A stretch of 64,000 bases of DNA, taken from contig SMSO01000004.1 of assembly GCA_004764695.1 (NCBI GenBank), positions 1,240,001 to 1,304,000 of the forward strand, read 5' to 3'. Source of the DNA: Schizochytrium sp. TIO01 (taxonomy: Eukaryota > Protista > Bigyra: Labyrinthulomycetes). The notes below the pieces were generated by a model. That model did no database searches, was not told the origin of the DNA, and saw nothing but the letters and a program-made list of their open reading frames with translations. Position numbers and translations under genes: made by a program. Shown here in pieces: positions 25,901 through 34,600 of this stretch (position 1 is its first letter; each line of letters opens with the position of its first letter).

Positions 25901-28900
25901 GCCCATAGCGAAGCCCCAGCGTTGTAACTTCATCTCCACTTGCGAGATCGCATTGAATTGCCTCAACCAAATCTTCAGTAGAGCAAGTTGGCCCGCGAGC
26001 AACGCGAGCGAATAGTTCTTGAAAGCTGGTCAACATCAATGAGCGACACTCTCCCCATCTGGTTGGTAGGCAACAAGCTAAACGAAATGCTTTAGCAACG
26101 AGCCCCTGGGCATCTAGTTTCTCCGCTGCACTCAGCGAGCTCTCACGAAGATAAGCACCAATTTGAATAAGTAAACTAGTCTCTATTTCCTGCAGCGAGG
26201 TTTGTTGCAAACTGTTAAGTGTTGATTGTGCTCGGATACTTTGATGAGCCATTGCTCTCCAGCGCGACCTTGCCTTCAAAGCTTCGAGTCGGTGTTCACT
26301 CGAAACATATTGCGCAATGTCTCGAGCAGGGGTCATTATATTGATACGGTCAACCGACCATACTGCAACACCCATGCCGCCATCTGGCTTAATAAATAGC
26401 GCAGAGAGTAGCTCAATCACCTTGGAAGGTGATGAGCTCATTCCAGCACTAATATGTTGCAGAGAGTGAGAGCCCAGGTGTTGCTTGCTCACATCGTCAT
26501 TATCACCAATTTGATGAAGACGTACTTGTTCTCCGCTTCGCAAGTCTCGAGATTGAGCAGAATCTGAGAGTGGCTCTAGCATATGCCTAGGCAGTTTTAA
26601 AAGTCCACGCTGAGCATCATAGGCAACCTCGTACACAGATTTATTGATCCGCCTGGTTATAACACCTACTTGGTCCGCTACACAATCAAGGGACGTAGAA
26701 CGAGGATTCACTACAACATTATCGACACCGTCCCCTACCTGGTAGAATGGATAGATATAAACATGTGGACTTTCTAGAGCTCTTGACATTGACTCGAGAT
26801 CAAGCAATGCAAGACCTCCGCGCTCTAGCGAAGCTCTTACCTCGAGCACATTCCGAGCCTCAATAGAGACAAAATAAATGACCCGCAAAACCTCTCCACG
26901 TCGGCGATAGATCTCTCTCAAATTATCTGTTCCAGACTGCCAGCCTCCAACATGCGTCATAGCGCCAGCCATACCAAACAAGGCACGATCTTGAAGCTGA
27001 ACCATACGTTCATCAAAGCCTTCAGAAGGAACTACAATGACCTGGCCAGTAGTGAGAACATAGGCAAATCCTTGGAGAAGGTGATCATCACGAGCAAGAC
27101 CTTCTTTAAGTCGAATATCCGTGCGCCTAGCTGCCTCTGCTTGACCTAAATTCACAATGAAAGGTACATTCATATTCCTTGTTACAGAAGCAAAGTAGAC
27201 AGGAGCTAGCTGAGAGACCACAGCCGCATGAGGTACTTGAATTGAATGGACACATGCGTAAGCTTCGCTGGTTTGTGCGAATTCAGCCCCATACTCAGGA
27301 CTAAGCTCTGCGTACGCAGGGTGAGTCAATCGAAATCGACGTGCAAGAGGGTCCACTAGGTACAGGATACCATCAGCAGCAGCAGCACACACTAAACCAG
27401 CTTCGCGAAGGTACACTATTGAAGTGACTGTGGGATTTGCATTCGTCTTGACAGGTAATGATGTTGTGTAACGAGCACTAAGAACTCTTACAGTTCCCTT
27501 GCTGGATTGCATAATTGAAGGAGTCTTGAATTTATGGGTAGCAATCGCGCCAGAGAGCTCACGGAGAGAAACTTGCCCATCCTTATTTACATCAAGATAG
27601 TCATGAACTCGTGCAACATCTTCAGCATGCAGCCTCAGTTGGAGTTTGTGCAGCATGATGTTTCGAAGTTCATCAAGGGAAACTACACCATCTCCATTTT
27701 CATCAAGCTGATCAAAAAGAGTGCTTATGTCTACATATTTTGCGGGTAATGGAATCTCAACATGATCTCCCACTGCAACCTTTTCCAATGTGGGTGGTAA
27801 CTGTATTTCTGACCACGCCTCGCCAGTTGATTTTACTAGAACATCAGCATAACCCACTTGAGAAGGATATAGACGTGAAATAATAACCTCGATGGTACGA
27901 TGCCCAAGTACAATTACTTCACTCCCTATTTGAAAGTGATTCTCCAAATTTTTGCTCGCTGGAGAAATAACCCTCAATCTCTCAAAAAGAACATCAAGTT
28001 CTGAGCCACCTAGCGTATCCATATAGCGCACATTTACTGCGGTCGAAGAAACTGCAATAATTTTTGCACGGCGGCCAAGTTCTTCATTATCATCAATAGT
28101 AGCTTTAAATGCTAGCGCTGTGCGAAATTTAGAAAGCAATTTCTGTAAACTTCGTGAGCTGGAGTCGTTGTAAACTTGCCTCCACCGCATTTGCTCTGCT
28201 AAATCCCAAAAGTGAATTTGACCGTGACTATCTCCTGCAACAAGGAATTCTGCTTCAGAAACATACAATAGTCGTGGTGGCGTCAAAGGCATTTCTCCAG
28301 CTGACACGATTGCAATTGCATGCCCATATCTTGCACATAACACTTGGACGCTTGTGGATCCATTTGAAACAGAACAGAAAACCGTATCCCATCGAGAAGA
28401 ATACAAAGCCACCTCAATTGTGGCTTCAGTGAGAGCCTCGTCGCGGTTGAGGGGCAAAAGCTGCACATCACGAAGCACTCGAAGGCTTAGAGAGTCAAGC
28501 AAACGGAACCGGCCATCGATTGCGGCAGTACACACGCAGACAAGCGAGGAGAGTTTGTCGAATTGTAGAATACTCATTGTTCTTGCTCCAGAAGCTATGG
28601 CATGTCGCACCTTAGAGTCTTGTGGAAGCACAGCTGTGCATGCAAGTTGCCGGGTAGCGTTCATTGTCCAGGATTCCAAGTTGCCGTTGACAAAGAGAAT
28701 AAAAAGATGCTGAAGCTCTTCATCACATACAACTTCATACGCTCTTGCTTGATCAACATGTCCAATGGTATGTTCTTGTTCAGTAACTCCCCAGAACAAA
28801 TTAGAGCGTCCTGTGCTTGACTGGTCAGCAGTCAAAGGAATTTGCACGCACGCTGCAACATCAGCCCACACTATGCTTGATGTTCCTAGTCGCTGTGCAC

Positions 28901-31640
28901 TAAATCTATGAAGTCGAGTCTCTAGAGTTTCCATCGGTCCGTTCACATTTGATTCGCATAATGGAAAGTGCATGAGTTCCGCGAGTGCTGGATCGTCAAA
29001 ACAAGCCTGAATAAAAGTTGATTTAGTCACCAAATTAGAAGCTTGTTCTCCTAGTAATCCTTGATGGACTCGTCGGAGATTGCTTCTTACGCAGTTAATA
29101 ATGCCAAGCCCGCCATGTGCTGAAGCAATAAGTGGGTTGTGCACTGTACTAACAGTTCGACGAGCCAAGATTGCTCGGAGACGACAAAATTCTGCAAAGC
29201 TTATCAACCTCTGATCTGACCAAGCAGAGCTTCCATAGAAATCCCCCCTTTCGGTACTAAAATCTGTCGCTCTTACCGGAGCATCAGGCCAACCTTTGCA
29301 AGAGGGTCTAATTCCATCCATACTTTGACATGCTGCGAGCCATTCTTGAAAATTAAGCCGGCCATCTGCATCAGCGTCAAAGAGCGAAAATGATATGTGA
29401 ATCTCACGCATATCTTCGTCGCTCATACTCGCTGCCCATGCTTCCTCTCTGCAACGAGACACCATAGACCACCATGTAGATGTAGCCCGAAGTTGCGCTG
29501 CTCGGCGCGCCCCTGCGTTGTAGTAGCTGGCAAATTCCTCCCATGACAATTCAGGTTTGTAGGCCTGAAATATGGTCATAAATGCCTGTGAAGAGTCGTG
29601 TTGACTACTTTCCACATTACGAAAACAATCTGCAGACATAAGGGCTGCGACACGTGGGTTTGCCCCAGCAGCAGCTACAACTTCTTCACGGCTGATTTTC
29701 CCATCGCCATCTGCATCAATCAATTCGAATAGCTCACGAAGTTCTAACGGAGACATACTCTCGCTCCAAAAATGAACTCTATTTGAGCGACCTAAGACGA
29801 ACAAGCTAGCATTTTTTGTGGAATGCCAGAGACGGCTTGCAATGCTTACTTCCGGTAGCTCTCCACATTTACTCAAAATATTTTTTCCATGAAGACCGCT
29901 GGCAGCTATAAGTTGAGCATCCTCTCCGAGATCATAAGAGTGCTCTAATTGACTTGTAAAAATAGGCCGTGGAACAGGCCTCTCCTCAAATCTTCTCTGC
30001 ATTTCTCGCGCACGAACTAAGGTTTCACCTTGATTGCTGCATTCTTCAATCAGAGGCGTAAGGATATCGTCAACAATAAATTGTGTTATTTCTCGATGCT
30101 TGAAACCTTTCTTGTCTGCGCTATTTGCTTTCGCACGTACCACAGGATATCCCTCAGCCTGGTCATGACCCAGCGGTTGATCAAGAATCAGGCTACCATC
30201 AGAAAATCCAACGACAAATCGTGTGTCAAGACCTTCTCGGTTTCGTCCAATCGTAACCATATCCCCTCGCTTGAAACCTTGATCAGAATGTACTAGCAGC
30301 TTGGAGTGCCCGCGCAGTGCTGGCCGAGTAAGCCTCGTGCGAACGACAGGGGGGCCCACACGTGAGATGGGGCCTGGTAGCATTTGAGAATTTCCTAGTA
30401 GGCCCCCACCACCTCTTCCACTTCCCTTTTTAAGAGTGGATCCGTTCCGAGATTTATTGTAACTTGTAGCGAAGGAGGCCTGCAAAAGTTCTTCATCAAG
30501 AGCGCTTGATTCAGGTGGCACATACGCATTTTGCGCAGTATTTAGGAGCCGTTTGGGTGCCGATAGTTTCGATATATTCTGAGTTGTGTTCAATTTTTCT
30601 CGAAGGACATGAACTTGTGCTTCTAGTTCTTTAATACGCAAAGATTCAATGCGCCGTCCTGCAAACCCACCCACATTATCTCCATCTACGTGTTCCTGAC
30701 TTTCTTGAGTCATCTTAGAGCCTTGTGTCATGTTTCGAGCAGTTGGGTCTTGCTCTTTATTATGGCCTTTATCGTTACCAGTGGTGAGGGAATCGCTCAT
30801 CTTCGACTGGATGCCAAGATTCTGTCCTATTCTAGTATCTTGGCGTTCTAACTTACTCTGTGCACGAAGGGTTTCCATTCCAGCTTTGACTTCAACTAGC
30901 CGTGCCCGGATTTCATACATATCAACATTGTTCGGAAGTATGAGTATGCACTCCTCCGTTTCTTGAAATCCGATAGATAGGAATAATTCAATGCCACCAT
31001 GAATGCGTCCAAGTCTGCGACGGAAGGTGTCATTTTGGATATTGATACGTCGAAACCGAGCTGCTTTAGGATCATCTACAATGTTTGCGAGGTACCTCGC
31101 AAACGTTTCCATCGCGGCAAGCCAGGATGATGGTTTGTTGTTAAGGGTAGACGGGGTTAAACCAAGTACCGAGACTGCAGCTCCGACAGCCTTAGCATTT
31201 GCAACTTCAACAAACTCCATGCTTTTCCGATGAAGTTCTAGCTCACGTAAGTGATTGCGTGCTTCTTTCACTTTATCTTGGTTAAGGCGAATTTTGTACG
31301 TTTGTCTACGTTTGTCATACACCCACCCAAGTGCACTTAGAAGTTCAGTTGAACCTTTTGCTTGGCCGAACATTCGCCTATGATCTTCAACAGAAATTAC
31401 AAACGGTTTTTCTGGCTGCCTACCAGGGGGGGCAGTTCGTGTGCAGTAGTCTAAACCACGTTCAGTAATTGCATACGCATTTGTAAAATACGAAATACAG
31501 CGCTGGCGGGTATTAAAAAGTCGCATCAGCCCAAATGCAATTGCAACAGGTGTAACATCAGATAGTTTCTCATCAGATGTCTCACCAGATCCATTTTTCA
31601 ATACATATTGGGTATGCCTGGCAGTCTCTGTTGCAAGATT
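19926..31640 (-). CDS. C-terminal part (~3,900 aa) of giant multidomain protein: 2 PUB-like, beta domain, EF-hands, WD40-like blades, pseudokinase, ARM/HEAT-like, EF-hands
   Basis: PUB: YLANIVDDPKAARFRRINIQNDTFRRRLGRIHGGIELFLSIGF. EF loops DADGDGKISREE, DADADGRLNFQE, DENGDGVVSLDE, DVNKDGQVSLRE, DKSGSGTVRFQD. WD-like FLVAGDSHGQIHFWDL. Kinase-like QLLIILQKVHSKGVILRGPRPRQILV...YDVYCLGCLLMELLSG...DPAKRIT. Overlaps the upstream ORF in the +1 frame; the track start at 31739 is a GTG inside the upstream ORF. Confidence 0.85.
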   Translation of the reverse strand, partial: NLATETARHTQYVLKNGSGETSDEKLSDVTPVAIAFGLMRLFNTRQRCISYFTNAYAITERGLDYCTRTAPPGRQPEKPFVISVEDHRRMFGQAKGSTELLSALGWVYDKRRQTYKIRLNQDKVKEARNHLRELELHRKSMEFVEVANAKAVGAAVSVLGLTPSTLNNKPSSWLAAMETFARYLANIVDDPKAARFRRINIQNDTFRRRLGRIHGGIELFLSIGFQETEECILILPNNVDMYEIRARLVEVKAGMETLRAQSKLERQDTRIGQNLGIQSKMSDSLTTGNDKGHNKEQDPTARNMTQGSKMTQESQEHVDGDNVGGFAGRRIESLRIKELEAQVHVLREKLNTTQNISKLSAPKRLLNTAQNAYVPPESSALDEELLQASFATSYNKSRNGSTLKKGSGRGGGGLLGNSQMLPGPISRVGPPVVRTRLTRPALRGHSKLLVHSDQGFKRGDMVTIGRNREGLDTRFVVGFSDGSLILDQPLGHDQAEGYPVVRAKANSADKKGFKHREITQFIVDDILTPLIEECSNQGETLVRAREMQRRFEERPVPRPIFTSQLEHSYDLGEDAQLIAASGLHGKNILSKCGELPEVSIASRLWHSTKNASLFVLGRSNRVHFWSESMSPLELRELFELIDADGDGKISREEVVAAAGANPRVAALMSADCFRNVESSQHDSSQAFMTIFQAYKPELSWEEFASYYNAGARRAAQLRATSTWWSMVSRCREEAWAASMSDEDMREIHISFSLFDADADGRLNFQEWLAACQSMDGIRPSCKGWPDAPVRATDFSTERGDFYGSSAWSDQRLISFAEFCRLRAILARRTVSTVHNPLIASAHGGLGIINCVRSNLRRVHQGLLGEQASNLVTKSTFIQACFDDPALAELMHFPLCESNVNGPMETLETRLHRFSAQRLGTSSIVWADVAACVQIPLTADQSSTGRSNLFWGVTEQEHTIGHVDQARAYEVVCDEELQHLFILFVNGNLESWTMNATRQLACTAVLPQDSKVRHAIASGARTMSILQFDKLSSLVCVCTAAIDGRFRLLDSLSLRVLRDVQLLPLNRDEALTEATIEVALYSSRWDTVFCSVSNGSTSVQVLCARYGHAIAIVSAGEMPLTPPRLLYVSEAEFLVAGDSHGQIHFWDLAEQMRWRQVYNDSSSRSLQKLLSKFRTALAFKATIDDNEELGRRAKIIAVSSTAVNVRYMDTLGGSELDVLFERLRVISPASKNLENHFQIGSEVIVLGHRTIEVIISRLYPSQVGYADVLVKSTGEAWSEIQLPPTLEKVAVGDHVEIPLPAKYVDISTLFDQLDENGDGVVSLDELRNIMLHKLQLRLHAEDVARVHDYLDVNKDGQVSLRELSGAIATHKFKTPSIMQSSKGTVRVLSARYTTSLPVKTNANPTVTSIVYLREAGLVCAAAADGILYLVDPLARRFRLTHPAYAELSPEYGAEFAQTSEAYACVHSIQVPHAAVVSQLAPVYFASVTRNMNVPFIVNLGQAEAARRTDIRLKEGLARDDHLLQGFAYVLTTGQVIVVPSEGFDERMVQLQDRALFGMAGAMTHVGGWQSGTDNLREIYRRRGEVLRVIYFVSIEARNVLEVRASLERGGLALLDLESMSRALESPHVYIYPFYQVGDGVDNVVVNPRSTSLDCVADQVGVITRRINKSVYEVAYDAQRGLLKLPRHMLEPLSDSAQSRDLRSGEQVRLHQIGDNDDVSKQHLGSHSLQHISAGMSSSPSKVIELLSALFIKPDGGMGVAVWSVDRINIMTPARDIAQYVSSEHRLEALKARSRWRAMAHQSIRAQSTLNSLQQTSLQEIETSLLIQIGAYLRESSLSAAEKLDAQGLVAKAFRLACCLPTRWGECRSLMLTSFQELFARVARGPTCSTEDLVEAIQCDLASGDEVTTLGLRYGLGSTLSDFTAKLTRGGKRTTVTLQTLLYCVDEARSKVLTSAEAFDVLAKVNFLERDAYPPDWIHNMCKKLHISYQSDETIFGFTEATFSMLTSRVDPFWSVRDAMAQAREMGQKYSAGHPCASSKLHELASLVAAHTCEKEVNNCKNSLISLSNGLKNHAIRLINDKLSASDDIVHQSEEDREVTVSNVSDWSLMKEISKVSAFYESKILSALQSKATVSYRIDSNEQSSLSFLNMPQRLVHRSRGWFRNMQSAESYVDLLVNVVSAEKLDRIQNYDGQPYEAHLEREVAMYRLFGEDNIAPIVIDNVRPTESNDVTEELKKANSRHVVLGALPGWRTLRECLDAHGYLGGEFAVHLLQLWVCQLLIILQKVHSKGVILRGPRPRQILVSPCGRFLRLASFATAGVLSMEDELRGSMLSGPDLGEVLSPEEYDYNPVEDTKEGQRPTASYDVYCLGCLLMELLSGRPPSASGKTFPYGCFELSLTTTKRQSALQGPFVLGPRGELQLCPAEGFPDATRNLERKEQSNADETRSLAELIAISNAAKFGSYFGCNATGSKTGKFSVIDLAMQFLSADPAKRITPESAFDIVCANMDEHSFHQASEAAKQWVGQICISKNITEGVRVPLDILLVQSYSRDAEPWGNGAVDPRLLLDAIDAVVECCCAPANTTADEEVGSKLPTLCDEVVGMGALQTIVKLSLRFFSSGGVADTTGRGLTNLGFVEGNSDDPIRVRIMQRVVFAFQTIASEFGKTTLTNAGSLPMANHIGALLHSMMCLYCGEENSLFPFNSSNVRNDCANHWTPELERLVSPLIRQIVTEEGGGNPRYHGIREYISKHGTWEDEEDQNRVDNQSSTAVFCRSHTYYSEVLNLGHCLSQMISTQRKSRSRFVAGRQILSLLRSTDTGHILLCIDMCVAEQVASMIGDEDDDLSQLAMECAKALLESTTKLNSFHHLGLRAHHANSQGNSILWNGQREMACAFASVSCVAMLVQHVLGENEKARNLALQILETHVKAGDTMTAAWQSCDVFPALLHVLRKSRCALAASMCASIASYGTRTLMCLFHSYPTLVSLVHDEFSIEVPNIAIVDPSGADTQLGRLLVEARDASLVKEVTQLLVRVRVAVSTDYVGARHLDDLYIELLKVVFEVWTVNFWEASLDSPALAQERIPVLCIALSLAYQMIFSENPALRPGKASKLLEESGCFSVMAKIISEDFVDLANASFEVLDFQTQAVDFLFCGFTGNDELLQAALGGLRLSSNLAELFLTYLRTNAIILHEARNNGDADRYQDILSTWPQRSTSLRQAWYSLIGACSRSSMLQDDLVRSGVIEYILVECLNDTTVLCAKSHQLRLQQTLGATWNGSMALRTDAVYLIQVLCKRLDILSALKAEFVAHVKSHGVVAREATKLTNRCPIGKDTLAMTREERQARLVLTALLSTQDCQLLEIIKNDSSVSSTLFSELTGQSSSVRGKTVWSYNEENESKSNGVYSNELKVCDNSVSALDQELHYTNVAAAATHGHAPLRSPQERLLSAAHVSSGSAWMDQLGDDIVDARTLFQAQLEGKRKFKQRQGGDNLGKVEMQNLINSLHGDASIRRAAAEALRQSHRIGQLNFEEFCLFYSKHLEFFKRNIQILSSSKVGTEGEITSVKDKLRRGTSTGSSASISRQAMGRLHDFADGTFDRFDAGGHGELTASQAQAALSSLPGMRAVLNGEVETLARSLGLAVTTLFSKQDFRLLVEALQETKGGHQRSQYDQGHERLNMESYEDLHQVVNLAEAYRSIFSSYSDTTNLLSGSNRVYAFLVECLALSGDSEKLCTRTEVEGWVTLQTGESTGSIDWIQAQHLVQLVKSSQPLIHESFIASPSQPQKGKDEAGVKKMLHAASRQPPKLLNPQRSGPQISFDEAIRNFLPKNLRQSMQTEKLRALWRAFCRYGGGRDGAIRFLSLRAAFNEMGRSHVADTELYQWIRKHDKSGSGTVRFQDFVNSYSLQHQTGKGTE

Positions 31641-34600
31641 TCGAGTTAGATGCTTCCAAACGTGCTGGTACAACATGTGCAAACGAGGCAATAAACTCGG
31701 CAACAGAAACTGAACCGTCATTATCAATATCACGAGCACGAATCCAATCCGCTACAGCTGCATCGCTGTTATCATGACCACGTTGCCGGAGGGCCTCTTT
31801 CAAGTCACGTGCAGTGATATATCCATCACCATCGATGTCCATGCTTTCGAAAACCTTTCGAATCATTTTAAGTTGAAGTTCCTCTGTGGCTGAACGTGCA
31901 TGCATTGTGCTTTGAAATTTGTCCATGTCAAAGCTTTCGAGTTGCTCAATGGGAGCTCCAGCTTTGATTTGCTTGCGCAACTCTCTTTGTTGGGAATGCT
32001 CGCCACCTTTAACGGAGGGGGCGCCTTCAATAATGGTTGCTCTCCCTGTAACGATGGTTACTTCAAGGGCTTTTAAAGCGCCCTCTAAGTCCACTTTGCG
32101 TCGCCAGAGCATATTTTCCACTTCTTTGGTCAACTCAGGGAAGTGAAAGCTCTTGGTGGATGAGGCTGTACCAACTAAACCTGTCTCTGTGCCACGAAGT
32201 ACGAAAACATCCGCCCTCTGATCTTGAATAAATCCAATAGCACTCATGAGCTCATAGCCATGCGCCCACTGCCCGATCTTGCGCATAAAACTAGGGTTAG
32301 CACACCGAATTCTCCACTTGCGTGAGTCTTTTGGATTTTGAAGTACATCCATAACGATTGATAGAGCCGTCTCTAATACCTTTCGAAGTTCTGCAAGAGT
32401 GCACTCATCCTGGAGGTGACGTACGACTTCGCCCACTGTCAGTGCTCCACCATCAATAACACGAAGCTCTTGCTCGATTTCTTCTCTCCGGACCGTCAGC
32501 ATTACACGTAGGTCTTGAGGCAAACCCTCCACCATAGCTCGCCCGTGTTTATCAGCGATCCCACGCAAAGCCAGCATCTGAATTTTTCCTTCTTCAGAAA
32601 TTACCCCTGATGCCTTACGTTGCGGAGCAAATCCAATCGCATCCATGAGCTCAATTCCTCCACGAAGCCGACCAACTTTAGCATAAAAGGACTTATCATG
32701 CACTCGAATTTGCCAAAGGTTCGCGTCATCAGGACGAGCAAGTATGTCATTAATAAGCTGCAGCACAGTTTCTGCAGCAATACGTAAATCACGAGGAGTC
32801 TCATGCAACCGCAGCATCGCAAATGCAGCTGGTACTGTTGGTGAACCCGTAATATTCTCAAAAACGAATCCAAATGCAGCTAGGAATTCGGGTAGAGAAG
32901 TCTGAGTTCTAGTTTTAGAAAATGCTTCGATGGTTGCACGTAGAGGCACTGGATCCCTTGCTGCACTTCGTAGCAGGGATTCAGTATTCGAGGTATTAAT
33001 TTCACCAGATTCCTCAGAATCAATATTTTCGAAAGCGCGAATGAGTTTCTTCAATGCATCAATATCTTCTGTAGAACGCCCAATACTAAGTTTCCGCAAA
33101 AACGCCTCATGTTGGACCCTTGTGCCTTTCCATTCGCCGGATCGAAAGATTTGTGCAGCTAATGCAGCTATAGTTTCGGTGTCCCCCATCGTGCTACGTT
33201 GTCCCAAAGTTGCACCACCAGTCTTCCCAGACCCCCAAAGTTTCTCATAATAACTCCCGACTCGTCCAAACTCATCCTTCTCAGGGTCACAGAACATGTA
33301 TACATAAGCATGTGCAAATTCCGGTAATGACAAGGCATCATGTTTACGTAAACCCATAATACGCATGTACTCTCCAACCTGTGATATGGATGCCTCCTTT
33401 CCAGTACTCACGAGCGCCACGCGAAAATATTTAGCCGGGAGAATACGCCTTCCACGCCTGGTTTTTGAACAATACTCCTCAAAAGCATCTTCTATTGCAC
33501 CAGTTGTATCGTGATCCAATTGTTTGGCCCAAGCTTCTTTTTTCCAGAGCTTGCGTTCTGTAACTTCTGCGCCACTCGAAAATGAAGACTCAGAAGAATA
33601 AGAAAAGGACCGCGAACGATGTTTAGAACGCATTGATCGGCTACGACTGTGGCTGCGACCACGCCTTCTTGTCGTGTGCTTGTGATGGTCCGCCGATGAA
33701 GATGAGTCGCTGCTGTCTTCAGACTCATCACCGAACATAATTCCAGTGTAAGCCTGAATGAATTCGACTAAAGTTACGCTTCCGGACCCATCAGCGTCTA
33801 CCTCTTGCATCCACTTACGGATATCAGAGCGAGAAAAACTTTTCCCCATGTCTCGAAAGGTTCGAGCTACTTCATCCTCGGTAAGCTCCCCATTTCCGTC
33901 GTGATCATACTTATTGAAGGCTCTCTGCAATTCACGAAAACGTCTAGTGCCTAATATTTTCTTACAACGAGCCAAATAATCAGCCTCCTCTTCAATATCT
34001 TGCAAAGATGGAGGCCGATGACCATGGCCGGCTTCGCGAGCGGCGAGACGCCGCATTTTTGACCAGATAGATTTGCGTCCTGATTTTCTGGGGGAAGCAG
34101 ACTTACGATTTCGATCAGCTGTGCGAGGACTAGATAGACGGACACTGTCAGGTGTTTTGCGCTGCTCTTTATCGCCATCATCGTAATCAATGTCCACAGT
34201 GCCATCTCGGTGAACAGTTACGATCCTGCCTGGATACCAAGCATCTCCACCTCCGAATTGAGCCTTTACTCGATCTCCAACTTGAAACTTCTTCTTGGAA
34301 CTTTCACGAGGACTTCTACTCCTACTCCTACTTCTGCTACGGGCTCTGGAGCGCCTCCGCTCGCTCTCAGAGCTCTCCTCACTACCAGATACATCTGTAT
34401 CTTCTAAAACCCCTAATGCGATACATATGCTTTTGTACTCCTCGAATGTCAAAGCTTTTGAGGTTTGCATACCTTTTTGTTTACAAAACATATATGCATC
34501 CTTTCTTTGGTCTGAGCTAAGTGGTGTCCCAATGGTCTTTCGAATAACCTCAGCTGCAGTTCCTGGCGTGACGCGGCTCTCACGATCAAAGACGTACTTA

